In this document: in pieces, positions 1 through 9,776 of the stretch
Layout: each line of letters opens with the position of its first letter
Position numbering within the stretch: the first letter of the stretch is position 1
Assembly: GCA_965238005.1 (NCBI GenBank)
Contig: OZ250165.1
Location: 288,001 to 352,000, forward strand
Length of the DNA: 64,000 bases
Direction of reading: 5' to 3'
Source: Longimicrobiales bacterium
Lineage (GTDB): Bacteria; Gemmatimonadota; Gemmatimonadetes; Longimicrobiales; Gaopeijiaceae
Program-made: the position numbers and the translations under genes
The notes under the pieces: model-generated
Database searches by the model: none
Seen by the model: only the letters and a program-made list of their open reading frames with translations
What the model was told of the DNA's origin: nothing

Positions 1-42
1 GCGGTAGCGATCATCGGCAACGTAAGAGGAGGAGCAACACCG

Positions 43-164
43 TTGGCTTCGGACACGTTCAGAATCGCGGCCGTGCAGGCCGCCTCGGTCTTCTTGGATC
101 TGGAGGCGACAGTCGACAAGGCCTGCCGGTTGATCCGGGAAGCGGCGGAGGGGGGCGCCACTAC
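43..164 (+). pseudogene. Nitrilase / carbon-nitrogen hydrolase N-terminal stump
   Basis: RBS AGGAGG then TTG start; reads LASDTFRIAAVQAASVFLDLEATVDKACRLIREAAEGGA, a typical nitrilase N-terminus; cut at the oriIS-like end at 165. Confidence 0.75.
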
Positions 165-411
165 GGATAGGGAATCCGAACACCCTTTTGGAGTTCGGCA
201 CCCAGCTTGAGCGAGGCGAGACCCTCGCCTTGCGAGGCACGACCCCAGGGCAACGTGCGCGCTTGCCGTCCGGCCATGCAAGGACGAGACGATCGGATGC
301 GTGGATGGGCAACGGGTGAGACCATCTAGCGACGGGTTCCGAAGCGCCTGTGCGGAAACCGACGACCCCTGATGGCAGGGGGTGATGTTCCACTGCTCCT
401 TCGTCCTTCCC
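165..411 (-). mobile_element. IS91/ISCR-type oriIS end remnant (copy 1)
   Basis: Reverse-complement homolog of 63280-63426, ending ...ATTCCCTATCC; colinear with 4941-5195. Confidence 0.7.
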
Positions 412-471
412 ACGGTCGGGCGCGGCCCTTAGATACGGGAGCAGGAGCTCGTCGGTCCGCATCCGGACCGC

Positions 472-500
472 TTCGAACCGGCGACCCCCTGAACCCCATT
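472..500 (-). repeat. att-like partial duplication of tRNA-Pro (anticodon loop to T-loop)
   Basis: TTCGAACCGGCGACCCCCTGAACCCCATT is identical to 6240-6268. Confidence 0.9.
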
Positions 501-606
501 ACTAACAGCTTATACGCCATATCACGGGAGATACCTGGTTCCATGTGGGTTTCGGAGAAAAGTTTCCCGGAGTCGGGATCCTGGATTCCCTGGATCAATG
601 GGGGTC

Positions 607-629
607 AGGTATTGGAGAAGGTATTGGAG
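607..629. repeat. Tandem AGGTATTGGAG pair, putative integrase arm-type sites
   Basis: 607-617 and 619-629, about 110 bp from the att-like core. Confidence 0.55.
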
Positions 630-1498
630 TGCGGCTCTCCGGGGACTCAATCACCTAGTCCGTGTTGCACTTCAAAGTTGATCCTGAGTGGCGGCCCCAA
701 GACCTACGAACTAAGGAACTCAGTGATCTCGGACCGCCACTCTGCCAGTGGAAGACTGTGCGACACGTGCCTCGCCCGGCCAGGTTGGTGCGGTAACGTT
801 ACAAAGGTTCTTAGAACCACGTTTTCCACAGCCGGTCCAGCTGATATGAACTGCCTATTTGCTTCTCTCGTTGGAGTTCATTATGACCGGCATTCCGAAC
901 CTCCATGTGCTCCAAAGCTCTGCGTTCTCGACGAGCTCAATCATGAAGTGAGCGACATTGGCTCGGGCGGTAGGGCGGCCAGTGAAGATACCGGTGGTGG
1001 GGGACTGTTCTATGTTATACGAAGAAATCTCAGCGTCGACCAACGAGTCGGGGCGGACGCTGCACCACTCAACGTGTTGACTCTCCTTCCCCACGTTCTG
1101 ATGGAGATGTTCTGCCGCAGTTTCATTATCCCGATGTGGAGGCAGGGTGTGGCGCAGGAGAGCCAAGAGCCATCGCTCAAACCAGGCTCTCTTCTCTTCG
1201 AGGTCGGGATTCTGGACCCCAACCGTGCTCATGAGGATGAATTTGGTAGGTTTGGTGGGGCGATTCTCTTCGATTGCATCACACAAGCGTTGCGTCGCGT
1301 CTGTGCATAGCCCTTTGGGTTCTCCAAACATCCCCTTTAGATCCATGACATGTCCCAAGCACGAGACCACGGCATCACAATCCTTTACATGCTCTGCCAT
1401 CTCCTCATCAGTTAAGTCGAGCACACTCGCTTTAGCGCCCCCGGTTTCTCTGGACAGTAGATTGGCAAAGAGAGCGGGTCCAGAGAGAAAGGGACGTG

Positions 1499-1858
1499 AT
1501 GGCCCAGAAGCCGAGGGAAAAGAAGGCGACCGAAGGTCGTGAGAAGGTACCCGAGCGGTGGAGCGCACAGCATAAGACGGAGGTGGTGCTGCGCCTGCTG
1601 CGGGGGGAGGATCTGGTGGAGGTCAGCCGCGAGGTGCAGGTCTCACCACCGGAGTTGGAGGAATGGCGGCGGGTGTTTCTGGAGACCGGTCAGCAGGGGC
1701 TGAGGCGCCGGGGCCGGGACCCTGGAGAACGAGAGCTGACCCGGACCCAGGCGAAGCTGGGAGAGTTGACGATGCGACTGGAGCTTGCGAGAGAGCTCCT
1801 GGAAAAAAGGGGGTACGGGGACGAGCTACGGACGCTCTTGAAGCGTGGACGCGAGTGA
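1499..1858 (+). CDS. IS3-family transposase OrfA (HTH)
   Basis: RWSAQHKTEVVLRLLRGE...ELEEWRRVF HTH followed by coiled coil. Confidence 0.85.
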   Translation: MAQKPREKKATEGREKVPERWSAQHKTEVVLRLLRGEDLVEVSREVQVSPPELEEWRRVFLETGQQGLRRRGRDPGERELTRTQAKLGELTMRLELARELLEKRGYGDELRTLLKRGRE

Positions 1859-2739
1859 GTCCGGGGACCGGGCGGCCCTACCCTCTGACGATGATCTGCG
1901 AGGCCTGGCGGGTGGGGCGCTCGACGGTCTATGCGGCCCGGGATCGAGAAGAGAGCGAGGGGCCGGCAGAGCCGAAGAAACGAGGACCGAAGACGAAGCT
2001 GAGCGACGAGGAGTTGGTAGAGGAGATCCGACAGGTGCTGAAGCAGAGCGACTTCCTGGGCGAGGGTCATCGAAAGGTGAGGGCGCGCCTGAGGCCGAAG
2101 GGGATCCATGTGGGCAAGAACCGCGTGCTCAGGCTGATGCGGGAGAATGGGCTGCTGGCCCCTGTACGACGCGGGAAGCATCCGCATGGGGACCGGAGCC
2201 ACAGTGGCCGGATCACGACGGACGTGCCGAACGAGCTGTGGGGCACGGACGCGACGCGGTTCTACACGAAGGAGGATGGGTGGTGCTGGTTTTTCGTGGC
2301 GGTGGATCACTGCGTCACGGACGTGGTGGGCTGGCACGTGGCGAAGAAGGGCGATCGGTGGGCAGCGCTCGAGCCGATCCGCCAGGGCGTACGGACCCAC
2401 ATGGACGACTACGCGCCCAAGATCGCTCTGGGGCTCGGCCTACGGCACGACTGGGGACCGCAGTACACGGCGCATCAGTTCCAGGGGGAGCTGGCCTGGC
2501 TCGGGATCCGCTCGACGGCCTCGTACGTGGGAGAGCCGGAGTGCAACGGCGTCGCAGAGCGCTTCATGCGGACGCTGAAGGAGGAGTGCTTGTACCTCCA
2601 CGACTTCAAGAGTCTCGAGGAGGCCAGACAGGAGATCGACGCGTTTATCGAACGCTACAACCGCGGGTGGCTCCTAGAGCGGCATGGGTATCGGACCCCG
2701 GCCCAGGTCCGTCAGGAGCTCACCCTGAAGGCGGCTTGA
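1855..2739 (+). CDS. IS3-family transposase OrfB (rve/DDE)
   Basis: WGTDAT...VAVDH...RHDWGPQY...NGVAERFMRTLKEE DDE motifs; start approximate. Confidence 0.9.
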   Translation: MSPGTGRPYPLTMICEAWRVGRSTVYAARDREESEGPAEPKKRGPKTKLSDEELVEEIRQVLKQSDFLGEGHRKVRARLRPKGIHVGKNRVLRLMRENGLLAPVRRGKHPHGDRSHSGRITTDVPNELWGTDATRFYTKEDGWCWFFVAVDHCVTDVVGWHVAKKGDRWAALEPIRQGVRTHMDDYAPKIALGLGLRHDWGPQYTAHQFQGELAWLGIRSTASYVGEPECNGVAERFMRTLKEECLYLHDFKSLEEARQEIDAFIERYNRGWLLERHGYRTPAQVRQELTLKAA

Positions 2740-2989
2740 TTAGGCCGCCGACTTGTCCAGCAAACCGGAACCTCTATGACTGTCGCGTTTGGGTGATCCC
2801 GAACCTTCGCGGGGAGTTTGCGAGGCGAGCGGACAATAGCGCGAACTTTCTGACCCTTGCTTAGCAACTGCTCCACTAGGGCCCGCCCCGTCATACCTGT
2901 CGCTCCAACCACTAGTACCGTCATCGATGGTGTCCTGCTCCTGTCCGTGTCTCAGGGGCGGCTTGTGGGTCCGGCTCATCTCTCACGCT

Positions 2990-3088
2990 GCCTAACGTCT
3001 CGCACTTCTGCTGCGGCCAAGATGGTGATCGCAAGCATATCACGCAGACCCTCTAGTCTACAGCGACCGCAGCCATCGCCTGTTAGAC
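2990..3088 (-). other. attC-like (integron cassette) site, degenerate
   Basis: Minus strand GTCTAAC...GCTGCGGTC...GGCCGCAGC...GTTAGGC: RYYYAAC/GTTRRRY ends with an inner stem, 99 bp. Confidence 0.5.
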
Positions 3089-3365
3089 CGCTCAGCGAAG
3101 GGCGGAATTTATTACACTCGTCATCGGACCCACACGGGGAGCTGGCGTCTGCCTCGCCCCCGGGGGGAGGGGCCCCAGAAGGGGGGGGGCGACCGGCAAT
3201 GCCCGGTAGCGGGAGAGATGGCGATCGAGTATGCAGCCCGGCCGTGTAGATATCGATCCGCCGATCTCCGGGGGCGTGTCTCACGCGTGCGCGAGGACTG
3301 TCACGGCGGAGCGCTGCCGCATATTCGCGACTGGGAGGCGGCCCTCCGCTCGCGGGCCTTTCAGG

Positions 3366-4862
3366 CTAGCGGCTCCGCAACCGGGCATTCTCCCGATGTG
3401 GAGCGTAGAAGACCTCTTCGTGTCGGCCGTCGACGCGTGGATCGCCGGTACGGCGCAACTCGGCGTCCAGCTCTGTCGCGAGAGCGTCCCGGACCGAGGC
3501 GTACGCTGCTACTCCGGCAACGTTGTTGAGCTGGTAGGGGTCTGTGGCGAGATCGTAGAGTTCCTCCGGTGGCCGGGCGCCGACGATCCTCTGGTACATG
3601 TCGGACTCGTGATCGAGCGCCTGTACTGAGATCCACGTCGGTGAGTATCCTCCCTCTGATTCCCAGTAGCTGGCGCAGACATTGATCGGCCGTTCGGGCT
3701 CGTAGTTGCGCACGAAGAGATATTCGGAGGTGCGGATGGCGCGCATCGGATAACGACCACAGTGCAGCTCGATGGAGGAAAAAGCGCGCGTTCGACTGGT
3801 GTCGAGTAATCCCGAGTCCGGGGATTCGAGCGCGGCGAGAACGCTGCGGCCACTCATGGCCTCCGGAGGTTCGACGCCGGCCGCCTCGAGAAATGTGGGG
3901 GCCATGTCGGAGAACCTGACAAAGTCCTCCACGACCCTTCCGCTACCCGCGTGCTCCGGCCAGCGTACGACGAGGGGAACCCGGGTGCCGAGATCATAGA
4001 GGGTCATCTTGGCGCGCGGGAACGGCATACCGTTGTCACCGGTCATGACGACGATGGTGTTGTCGAGCTCGCCGATCGCTTCGAGGTGGGCGATCAGTTG
4101 GGATGCGGCGGAATCGAACATCTCGACCTCGTAGTAGTAGTCGGCCAAGTCGGTTCGGGTCTCCTCGGTATCGGGCAGGGTAGGCGGCACGACGACGTCT
4201 TCCAGGCTCATGCCTCTCCGCAGGCCGGATTGCCATTCGTACGGTCGATGTGGCTCGCCGGTGTTGAACCAGAAGTGAAACGGCTGCCTGTCTTCTCGGC
4301 GCGCCAGGAAATCCTCGAACGTCGCGACCCGATCGCGGGAGTCCCAGGCGCGGCCCGGAGGATCACCGACGACGATCCTTCCGGCCGGGTTGTCTTCGCG
4401 TCCGGTCTCGACGAGATAGCCAGGCCCCCATCCCTTGCCGGAGTATCCGACGAGGTACCCCGCCCCTTCGAGCAGGTCCGTATACGTTTCGAACTTCGCC
4501 GGCAGCGCGCCCCACAGGTGCACACCAGTTTCGAGCATCCACGGGTGCATGCCGGTTAGCAGCGCGGCGCGTGACGGTGTGCACGACGGGGAGTCGACAA
4601 AGGCGTTGCTGAACCGGACCCCTTCGGCGGCGATGCGATCGAGGGTCGGGGTCCGGAGATTCGGATCAGACACGTTCTCCGACTGAGGCCAATTCCAATC
4701 GTCGGCCATGAGGATCAGGATGTTCGGTGGGCGCTCGGGTTCCTCGGTTGGCTCCGGAGCGCGGCCGCACGCGAGTCCCAGAACAGCGAGGCTCAACAGT
4801 GGGAGGGCCGAGTGGCTGCGACATCGTCCTACTGTGTTCCAGAACATGCCCGTTACCTCCAT
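3366..4862 (-). CDS. Sulfatase (N-sulfoglucosamine sulfohydrolase-like), probable lipoprotein
   Basis: PNILILMADD, CTPSR formylglycine motif, GDNG, ELYDL; LACG lipobox. Confidence 0.92.
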   Translation of the reverse strand: MEVTGMFWNTVGRCRSHSALPLLSLAVLGLACGRAPEPTEEPERPPNILILMADDWNWPQSENVSDPNLRTPTLDRIAAEGVRFSNAFVDSPSCTPSRAALLTGMHPWMLETGVHLWGALPAKFETYTDLLEGAGYLVGYSGKGWGPGYLVETGREDNPAGRIVVGDPPGRAWDSRDRVATFEDFLARREDRQPFHFWFNTGEPHRPYEWQSGLRRGMSLEDVVVPPTLPDTEETRTDLADYYYEVEMFDSAASQLIAHLEAIGELDNTIVVMTGDNGMPFPRAKMTLYDLGTRVPLVVRWPEHAGSGRVVEDFVRFSDMAPTFLEAAGVEPPEAMSGRSVLAALESPDSGLLDTSRTRAFSSIELHCGRYPMRAIRTSEYLFVRNYEPERPINVCASYWESEGGYSPTWISVQALDHESDMYQRIVGARPPEELYDLATDPYQLNNVAGVAAYASVRDALATELDAELRRTGDPRVDGRHEEVFYAPHRENARLRSR

Positions 4863-4940
4863 TCCATCAAGGGAACCGACGCAGAATCAACGCGCCATCG
4901 CGTCACAGGGATAGGCATTGCCCGGCTCCCGAGGCGACAG

Positions 4941-5195
4941 GGATAGGCATTTTAAAGACCCTTTCCGAGTCCGGCACCCTGCTTGAGGGAGCCGAGACAC
5001 CCCAGAACCTCCGCTTGCGAGGCCGTGCCCAGGCTAAGGTGCACTCTCACGGTTCGCCCCTGCAAGGATCGGACGAGCGGATGCGTGGATGGGCAACGGT
5101 TCAGACCATCTACCGACGGGTTCCGAAGCGCCTGTACGGAAACCGACGACCCCTGATGGCAGGGGGTGGGTGTTCCAGTGCTCCTTGTCCTTCCC
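4941..5195 (-). mobile_element. IS91/ISCR-type oriIS end remnant (copy 2)
   Basis: Homologous to 165-411 and to the reverse complement of 63280-63426; terminal 15-mer duplicated at 4905-4919. Confidence 0.7.
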
Positions 5196-5287
5196 TAAAA
5201 TCGGGCTCACTCGCCCTGGCGCTCGCCCGGGGGGTGGTGAAAATGCGCCTCGGGGCGAGTGCCGATCCCTCCCTGACCGGCATGGGT

Positions 5288-6212
5288 CTAGCCCGAATCC
5301 CAATCCATCTCCTCTTCTTCAACATCCTCGTCGTGAGCTGTTGGCGGGTGGGCCCCTTTGATCCTCGTGAGCTCGCTCTCACGCTCCCGCAACAGGATCT
5401 CCTCTCGGTCGAGTGCGGCCCTGAGATATGGGAGCAGGAGATCGACGTCATGGAGCTCTCGCCACGACCGCTCGACGCCCCATGTATCGTGCGCGTCGAC
5501 CAGTGGTTCAACCGCTCGGTAGAGGGCGAGCGTACAACGCTTCTCGTGCGATTCCGGTTCGTCCTCCTTTCGTAGCCTCTCAACGAAGTCGCCGATGAGC
5601 TCGTCACGCTCCAGCAGCTCACGGAGAACGGGCTCGACCCTTCCCGCAAGCCCGCGCAACTGCCGATCGAGCCACGCCTCGTAGCGGTCCTGGATCTTAC
5701 GCTCGTCCTCCGTAAGGATGCTGTCCAGGAACCTCAGCAAGTAGGGAGTAGTCGGTCTGGGCGCGCCGCGACCGCTCCTGCATGAGAGAGCGCCGCCCCT
5801 CCTCGAGTTCATCAGGGCTGATTACCACGTCTGTCGGAACTGACTGCACGATCGCGTCAAGATCATCAAAGTTGAGCTCGCGCTCCCGTATTTGCGGGTC
5901 CCGTGCCTTGGCCTGAAGTGCCTTCCACCTAGCGTCCCCATCGTCGACTAGCGGATCCGGAATCGGCCGATCAAGCCGTCGTCGGGGGGCGTCCGGATCA
6001 GCGTCGAATGCCCAGCAGATGGCCGCATACGTGTCATGGGACATAGCCCTCGTCGTCGCGCCATTCCGGAGTCGGGAGAAGGTCCACGGCCCAATTCCCA
6101 GCCAGGCCGCAGTCTTCCGACCGCTCTCATACCGCTCGCTCAGCTCCTCGAGCACGCCCCTGAGTTTCTCGTCGTCGACGATTCTGATGTGATGCAACCT
6201 CAAGCGGGGCAA
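5288..6212 (-). pseudogene. Hypothetical protein with N-terminal HTH, apparently frameshifted near 5760
   Basis: Overlapping ORFs 5697-6212 (KTAAWLGIGPWTFSRLRNG, HTH-like) and 5288-5812 directly downstream of the tRNA. Confidence 0.45.
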
Positions 6213-6225
6213 TCTCTTTCCTCAG

Positions 6226-6299
6226 TCGGGACGGCCGGATTCGAACCGGCGACCCCCTGAACCCCATTCAGGTGCGCTACCGAGCTGCGCCACGTCCCG
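6226..6299 (-). tRNA. tRNA-Pro (GGG)
   Basis: CGGGACG acceptor stem, D arm, CCTGA-ATGGGGT-TCAGG anticodon arm, GGTTCGAATCC T arm; CCA not encoded. Confidence 0.97.
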
Positions 6300-6583
6300 T
6301 GAGGGAGTGAATATAGATGTAGGCTAGAGGCCACTCAACGGGCGGGAGTGGATTTCTGGCGCGTGCTGCCGGCCAGAATATGCCGAAGCTGGAGCCGGCT
6401 CCCTCACGGTTTCGAGAGGAACGTCGGTGGAGTAGCTGCACGTCGTTTGCGGATATTATGCCCGGACGGTAGAATCGGACTCGTCTGCAACGCGACGATG
6501 AATCCATGCTGAAGAGGATCGAAACCGCCCTCTGCCGACCCTCCCAGGGGGTCAGAAACGCCCTCGCGCCGCGGCGTGCCTCA

Positions 6584-6967
6584 ATGCTCCGGATGACCCA
6601 GCTGTTAGTTGTCATATTGGTCATCTTCATGGCATGGGACTTTGTTCTCGGGTTTTGGGACCCCAATCGCCCGAACACGTGGAGTGAGGTCACGCGTGCC
6701 GGCAGTCATGGTCTCCCCATTTTGCCCTGGTTCTTGGGGGCGTTGGTTGGGCATCTCTTCCACGGTGGTCGGATTCCGGTGATCGATCGTGATGCCGGCG
6801 CGACGCTGATGGGAGCGTTCACGCTTCTGGTGATCGGCTGGAGTGTTTTCTTACATCTCACCGACGGGGCAGTCCCGACCCTGGTGGTCGCCGGCATGGC
6901 CCTCGTGGGGGGGGTGGTTTCCTATCTATTTTGGCCGCTGCATCGGCCGGGGGGCTGGAAGTGGTGA
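6584..6967 (+). CDS. Small hypothetical membrane protein (GHLFH motif)
   Basis: About 4 hydrophobic segments; start uncertain (6506 or 6584). Confidence 0.65.
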   Translation: MLRMTQLLVVILVIFMAWDFVLGFWDPNRPNTWSEVTRAGSHGLPILPWFLGALVGHLFHGGRIPVIDRDAGATLMGAFTLLVIGWSVFLHLTDGAVPTLVVAGMALVGGVVSYLFWPLHRPGGWKW

Positions 6968-7401
6968 GTCGTGCCCCCGATTGGGTCCCGGATTGCCTCC
7001 TGCTCTCGCCGGAGGCAGCGTCGCAGATTGGCGCGGTCTTTCTCGTCCTGATCGTCATCCTCGACGTGTACGCCTCGGATGACAACATCCCGAACAATAC
7101 TCCTCGGGAGTTGCTTCTCCGGCTTACGAAGTGGAAGAGCTCGCGCGCCTATTTGCCCATTACAGGCGCGTTCGCACCGTTCGTGGTCGCGGCGGTGGTG
7201 GGGCATTTGTTCCACCCGTGGTCCGACGTAGGTCCCTTGGGGAACGACTTCCCGGGGCTCGGGGTGCTGCTGGGCATCGCTGGCCTGCTGGCGATCGTGA
7301 CGTGGGTTCTCGACCCCCAGATCTCGGGCAAGAAGTGGGTTGTTGGCCTCGCCCTACTCGGACTCGTCGCCGGAGTGGTACTCTGGCCCTCAGGGGCGTA
7401 G
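6964..7401 (+). CDS. Small hypothetical membrane protein, paralog of the upstream gene
   Basis: GTGA overlap; shares PN..T..E and VGHLFH motifs. Confidence 0.65.
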   Translation: MSRAPDWVPDCLLLSPEAASQIGAVFLVLIVILDVYASDDNIPNNTPRELLLRLTKWKSSRAYLPITGAFAPFVVAAVVGHLFHPWSDVGPLGNDFPGLGVLLGIAGLLAIVTWVLDPQISGKKWVVGLALLGLVAGVVLWPSGA

Positions 7402-7530
7402 GGCTCCGGGCCAAGAGGAGTGGGGGTGCCTCCGCTGAGCGCATTGGCGGGGTCGCCAACACCCCGCGGATCTGTGGGGGCCCGGACGATGTACTCTCTC
7501 GAACGAACGACGGATTCGTGACGGTCGACC

Positions 7531-8607
7531 CTAATTCCCCTCCGCCCCCTCGTAGATCTCCGCTTCCGGAAACGTCAGCGCGAACCCGTACCAGCGCGTA
7601 AAGACCTGGAGCGGACGTTCCGTGCGTATCCGGCTGCCGTCCTCATTGTGCATGACGCCGTCACGGATGTAGTGCCCGGACGATAGCCGCAGCGTGTCGT
7701 CCTCCCACCAGACCCGGTCCGCTTCTACGAAGTGGGCGCCCAGGGTAAAACTGCCCGGGTCGTAGTAGATCAAGACGGTACGCCCGCCGAATGTGTCCAG
7801 CAGCGCCCGACCCTGCTTCATCACGTCGTCCTGGGCGTAGTAGCGCGCGTCGTCACCCATCTAGAGGCCCAGTCCCACGTCCATGGTTTCCCGGCGGTCG
7901 TCCTCCTCGTCGATGGTCCCCAGGAAGAACTGGCTGAGGCCCCGGCGGACCCGGGACATGAGGCCGCCTCCCCCCCCACCACGCCGACCGCGCCCAGATC
8001 GGCGCTGGGCCCGCGGGTGATCCGAAATCGCGATCAACGCGTCGGGGTCGAGGGCGAGTGTCTGTTCCACCGTGCTGTGGAGAACGTTTTGGACGGGAAG
8101 CTTCTTTCCGGCCGACGGGCCGTACAGACCCTCACCCGTGAGGTGGTTCCAGTAGGTCCCTGACTCCTCGTCCCACATGATGAAGAGGCCGTCGTAGAGA
8201 CCTTGTTCGGTGAAGGTGTGGACCTGGCCGTCCACGCTTGGAGTCATACTGACCCCTGTATTGCAGACCACTCAGAAGGTGACGAGCCACGGCTCTCCCA
8301 TCAGGTTGCCCTGCGCCACGTGGTGATAGGCCATCTGGGTGGTGATCAGGGCGAGCGTCGCTTCCTCGCGCTGCATCACCATCAGAGGCGTGTCGCGCTC
8401 CACGGCTCCGTCCTTGAGGGCATCGGCGAGCGACTGTGTCTCCTTCTGCCTGAACGCATCGAAGTTCGGCCGCTCCGCGAGTATGGCCCGGTCCGGATCG
8501 AAGTCGGGGACTTTCTTCACCTGGTCGGCGTCTTGCGCGGCTGACTCACCGTAGACGAGGCCGAGACCGGCAAGCGCAGTGAGGAGCCACGGGGCCTGAT
8601 GACGCAT
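7531..8607 (-). CDS. DUF3179-like secreted selenoprotein (UxxC); in-frame TGA at 8272-8274 and in-frame TAG at 7861-7863
   Basis: Three abutting same-frame ORFs; YHHVAQG..PWLVTF-U-VVCNTG, GLYDGLFIMWDEESGTYWNHLTGE, WYGFALTFP motifs; signal peptide. Confidence 0.8.
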
Positions 8608-8840
8608 GGATACCTCCGCGGGGCGGAATGAGGTTGACGAATCCGTGCTTGAATGATGACACCGCGTGCGAAGAAAGCGTTAAGTGATCCCGAGTGAAAC
8701 AGGCGGTCCGAAGCCGGATCGGTCTCCTCCCCGAGGACGCGGGCGGCCACCCGTTCAACGAAGTTCATCGAGCCCATTGTCAGCACATCATTACGTCCGT
8801 ATCCGATTGTGCCACGTCCTCGCGCGCAAAATCGGGGCGG

Positions 8841-9323
8841 TCATCGTCGGGTGGGACGCCTACCAGTGCCCCTGCGACGGGGAAGCTCGAGTGACGAGCG
8901 GGCGTTGATGTTGAAGTTGAAGTCGACGGTGTGCATCTCCTCGGCTTCACCCTTCTTGAAGCTCAGGACCGTCTCGTACTCTCCCGGCTCGGTGAAGATG
9001 TGGCGCGTTTGATAGCTGCCAGGCGTGCCGCGCCTCCCGCGCACCGGGAACGTGCCTTGCTCTTCGCCGTCGAAGCTGATCACGACCTCGCCGGAGAGCT
9101 CTGTGTAGGGTTCCTCACTGCCCAGCGAGCTCACCCGCCACCGCAGAAACTGCATCTCTTCGGTGAGCGCGGGCTCGGGCTCGGCGCCGAAGACGATCGC
9201 GAGGCCCGCAACCTCCTTGCGCTCGTGGAATGTGCTCGCCATTTCCGGCGCGACCGCCGCTACGAGGATGGAGCCTCCCGCTGCGAGCGCGAAGATCGTA
9301 GAGAGCTTGTGGTGGGCCTTCAT
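8841..9323 (-). CDS. Secreted hypothetical protein (beta-rich)
   Basis: RBS AGGAG, signal peptide, IVFGAEPEPA, IFTEPGEY. Confidence 0.65.
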   Translation of the reverse strand: MKAHHKLSTIFALAAGGSILVAAVAPEMASTFHERKEVAGLAIVFGAEPEPALTEEMQFLRWRVSSLGSEEPYTELSGEVVISFDGEEQGTFPVRGRRGTPGSYQTRHIFTEPGEYETVLSFKKGEAEEMHTVDFNFNINARSSLELPRRRGTGRRPTRR

Positions 9324-9489
9324 TCTCCTGTCTCCCTGGTCTCGAGTGTCATTATGCTGAGAAAGATTGCAAAAGGTAACGTCTCGCGATTCTACTGCGC
9401 CACAACCTTGAGCGGGCGCAGATTTAGGGAATCGGAGAGGTGGCAAGTTAGAGGGGTCGGCTTTCGATCAGGGCCACCCCTTCTCCCCA

Positions 9490-9706
9490 CCGCACCAAAC
9501 TGTGGGCCCGTCTACCGCCGGCGCCGTCCCACTCAGACGCCGCTCTACCCGCTCGTCCAGCACCACCTCAAGACCTTCCTCACAGAGGCCACCTCCCCCC
9601 AGGGAGGGGGTCCGCCTCCTTGCCCCCGTACACTGGCGGGAGCCCGCAAGTTGACTGGTTTGGCCCTGCCCCCTCACGTTATCGAGGGCCTTTGTTTTTC
9701 CTATCC
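9490..9706 (+). mobile_element. Mini IS91-like element (transposase 5' stub fused to oriIS)
   Basis: VYRRRRPTQTPLYPLVQHHLKTFL joined to an end reading TTTGTTTTTCCTATCC; 9620-9706 nearly identical to 20180-20265. Confidence 0.7.
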
Positions 9707-9776
9707 CTGGGAGTCGGACGCTTGGGGTGGCGGACAGGAAGTAGGCACGATGTGGGCCACTGAGGGAGGGTGTCTA

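Larger units (their letters stand above)
1433..2776 (+). mobile_element. IS3-family insertion sequence
   Basis: Imperfect IRs TAG..CCGGTTT..CTGGACA at both ends; orfA/orfB layout with A6G frameshift motif at 1803-1809. Confidence 0.85.
855..2924 (-). pseudogene. NAD(P)-binding oxidoreductase (atypical SDR / flavin-reductase-like) interrupted by IS3-family element
   Basis: N-terminus MTVLVVGATGMTG (Rossmann) at 2924; C-terminal part 855-1432; removing 1433-2773 restores ...NATVIEASVLDL... Confidence 0.85.

Noticed and set aside
8931..9776. N-terminal extension of the 559-aa ORF
   Set aside because: Runs through an antisense gene and the mini-IS91; the real start with RBS and signal peptide is at 9777
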